Part shown: in pieces, positions 62,875 through 64,000 of the stretch | Numbering within the stretch: the first letter of the stretch is position 1 | How the letters are laid out: each line of letters starts with the position of its first letter | NCBI GenBank assembly: GCA_965203905.1 | Contig: CBDBDQ010000005.1 | Location: 7,104,001-7,168,000 of the forward strand | Direction: 5' to 3' | From: Spirochaetia bacterium | Lineage (GTDB): Bacteria; Spirochaetota; Spirochaetia; SZUA-6; Bin103 | Length of the DNA: 64,000 bases | Notes under the pieces: generated by a model | What the model saw: only the letters and a program-made list of their open reading frames with translations | What the model was told of the DNA's origin: nothing | Databases searched by the model: none | Program-made: the position numbers and the translations under genes

Positions 62875-63665
62875 CGCAGCACTTCGTTCATGCTGCCGGA
62901 ACGAAATCCCTCCAGGTCCAGCGTCACGTACACGAACCCCAGGTCCTTCAACCCCTGCACGATCCGCTCCCGGTGCTCCAGCACCAGCGGCAGTTCCGGC
63001 GGCTCCACCTCCAGGCGGGCGACCTTGTCGTGGTGCCGCACGCGAAGCTGGCCCAGCCCCAGCTCGCCCAGCAGCGCCTCCGCCGCCTCCACCTGGCTCA
63101 GCTTCCCGTGCGTCACCGCCGCGCCGTAGGGGATGCGCGACGCCAGGCAGGCCGCCGCCGGCTTGTCCCAGATCGGCAGGCCCAGCTCGCGCGCCATGGC
63201 CCGCACCTCGGCCTTGCTGACCGCCGCCTCCTGCAGCGGGCTGCGCACCCCGCGTTCCACCGCCGCGCGCCGGCCGGGGCGGTGGTCGCCCACGTCGTCG
63301 GCGTTGGTGCCGTCCACCACGTAGCGGTAGCCTTCGCCCTCGGCGTAGTCGATCAGCACCTCGTAGACGTTGGTCTTGCAGAAGTAGCAGCGGTCCGGGG
63401 CGTTGGCCTGATAGCGCGGGTCCTCAGTCTCGTGGCTGTCCAGGAACACGTGGCGAATGCCGATGCGCTGCACCAGGTCCGCTACCGCCTGCCGCTCCTG
63501 GGCCGCCAGGCTCGGCGACACCGCGGTCAGCGCCAGCGCCGAATCACCCAGGCGGTCGCGGGCCACCTTGGCCAGCAGACCACTGTCCACGCCCCCGGAC
63601 AGCGCCACCGCGACGCTGCCCATGCCCTCCAGAATGCCTTCCAGCCGGCGTAGTTTCTGCTCCAT
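62871..63665 (-). CDS. larE: ATP-dependent sacrificial sulfur transferase LarE
   Basis: SGGVDS, RCYFCK, DGTN.DD..D.RPG, CLASRIPYG, RVRHH, GFRSGS. Confidence 0.95.
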   Translation of the reverse strand: MEQKLRRLEGILEGMGSVAVALSGGVDSGLLAKVARDRLGDSALALTAVSPSLAAQERQAVADLVQRIGIRHVFLDSHETEDPRYQANAPDRCYFCKTNVYEVLIDYAEGEGYRYVVDGTNADDVGDHRPGRRAAVERGVRSPLQEAAVSKAEVRAMARELGLPIWDKPAAACLASRIPYGAAVTHGKLSQVEAAEALLGELGLGQLRVRHHDKVARLEVEPPELPLVLEHRERIVQGLKDLGFVYVTLDLEGFRSGSMNEVLR

Positions 63666-63808
63666 TCCTGCCACGTTATACCACGTAGCAGCGAGTCGCG
63701 CCCGCCGCGCGCCTCCAACTCCTCCAACTTGACGCGATGTCCACTGACCCGCCATCGTGCGCACGGTGTCCGGCGGTGCGAGCTCGCCGCCGGCCTCGCA
63801 GGAGACGG

Positions 63809-64000
63809 ATGGCAGTATTCTGGCTCACCGGCATGCCCTGTTCCGGCAAGACCACCATCGGCCATGCGCTGGTGGAACGGCTGGGCGCGCTCGGCCGGGT
63901 GGCGTGTCTGATCGACGGCGACGTGGTGCGGCGCGGCGAGTTGAGCCGCGGGCTCGGCTTTTCCGCCGCCGATCGGCGCGAAAACGTGCGCCGCGTCGCG
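63809..64000 (+). CDS. cysC: adenylyl-sulfate kinase (3'-truncated by window edge)
   Basis: MAVFWLTGMPCSGKTT..DGDVVR..LGFS..DR.ENVRRVA read directly from sequence; GGAG SD. Confidence 0.85.
   Translation, partial: MAVFWLTGMPCSGKTTIGHALVERLGALGRVACLIDGDVVRRGELSRGLGFSAADRRENVRRVA

Overview
This window has a high-GC bacterial backbone at about 1-27.2 kb and 59.4-64 kb. The Spirochaeta-style solute-binding protein N-termini and the AAA/Uma2/NYN cassettes resemble sponge-associated Spirochaetota, but that assignment is inference only. The backbone carries sugar and peptide ABC permeases, a cupin, BNR/sialidase, GH32 and GHL10 hydrolases, aminotransferases, SrkA, PhyH, larE-larB-larC and a cysC-like gene. 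Small defence-like cassettes sit at gene junctions: an NYN RNase, two AAA ATPase-nucleases, a type II RM system and a HEPN-like ORF. An intact IS66-family element (5523-8113, 8-bp TSD) carrying a DUF4338/DruA-like passenger gene interrupts a peptide-binding protein gene. A mosaic, AT-richer island of about 32 kb (~27.8-59.4 kb) holds two sugar ABC operons with phosphoesterases, an unknown ABC export operon, and many IS110, IS21, IS1380, IS91, ISNCY and recombinase remnants and pseudogenes. The most notable observations are: (1) a promoter - twin-GUU-hairpin RNA - terminator - NYN RNase module resembling an RNA-antitoxin system; (2) that module is bracketed by diverged duplicates of the 3' ends of two convergent host genes; (3) the IS66+DUF4338 element; (4) a 2.8 kb IS mosaic bounded by a perfect 20-bp direct repeat that supplies a -35 box, containing a RuvC-less IS110 that keeps its putative bridge RNA; (5) an in-frame IS1380-AraC fusion. 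No rRNA, tRNA or CRISPR array was seen.
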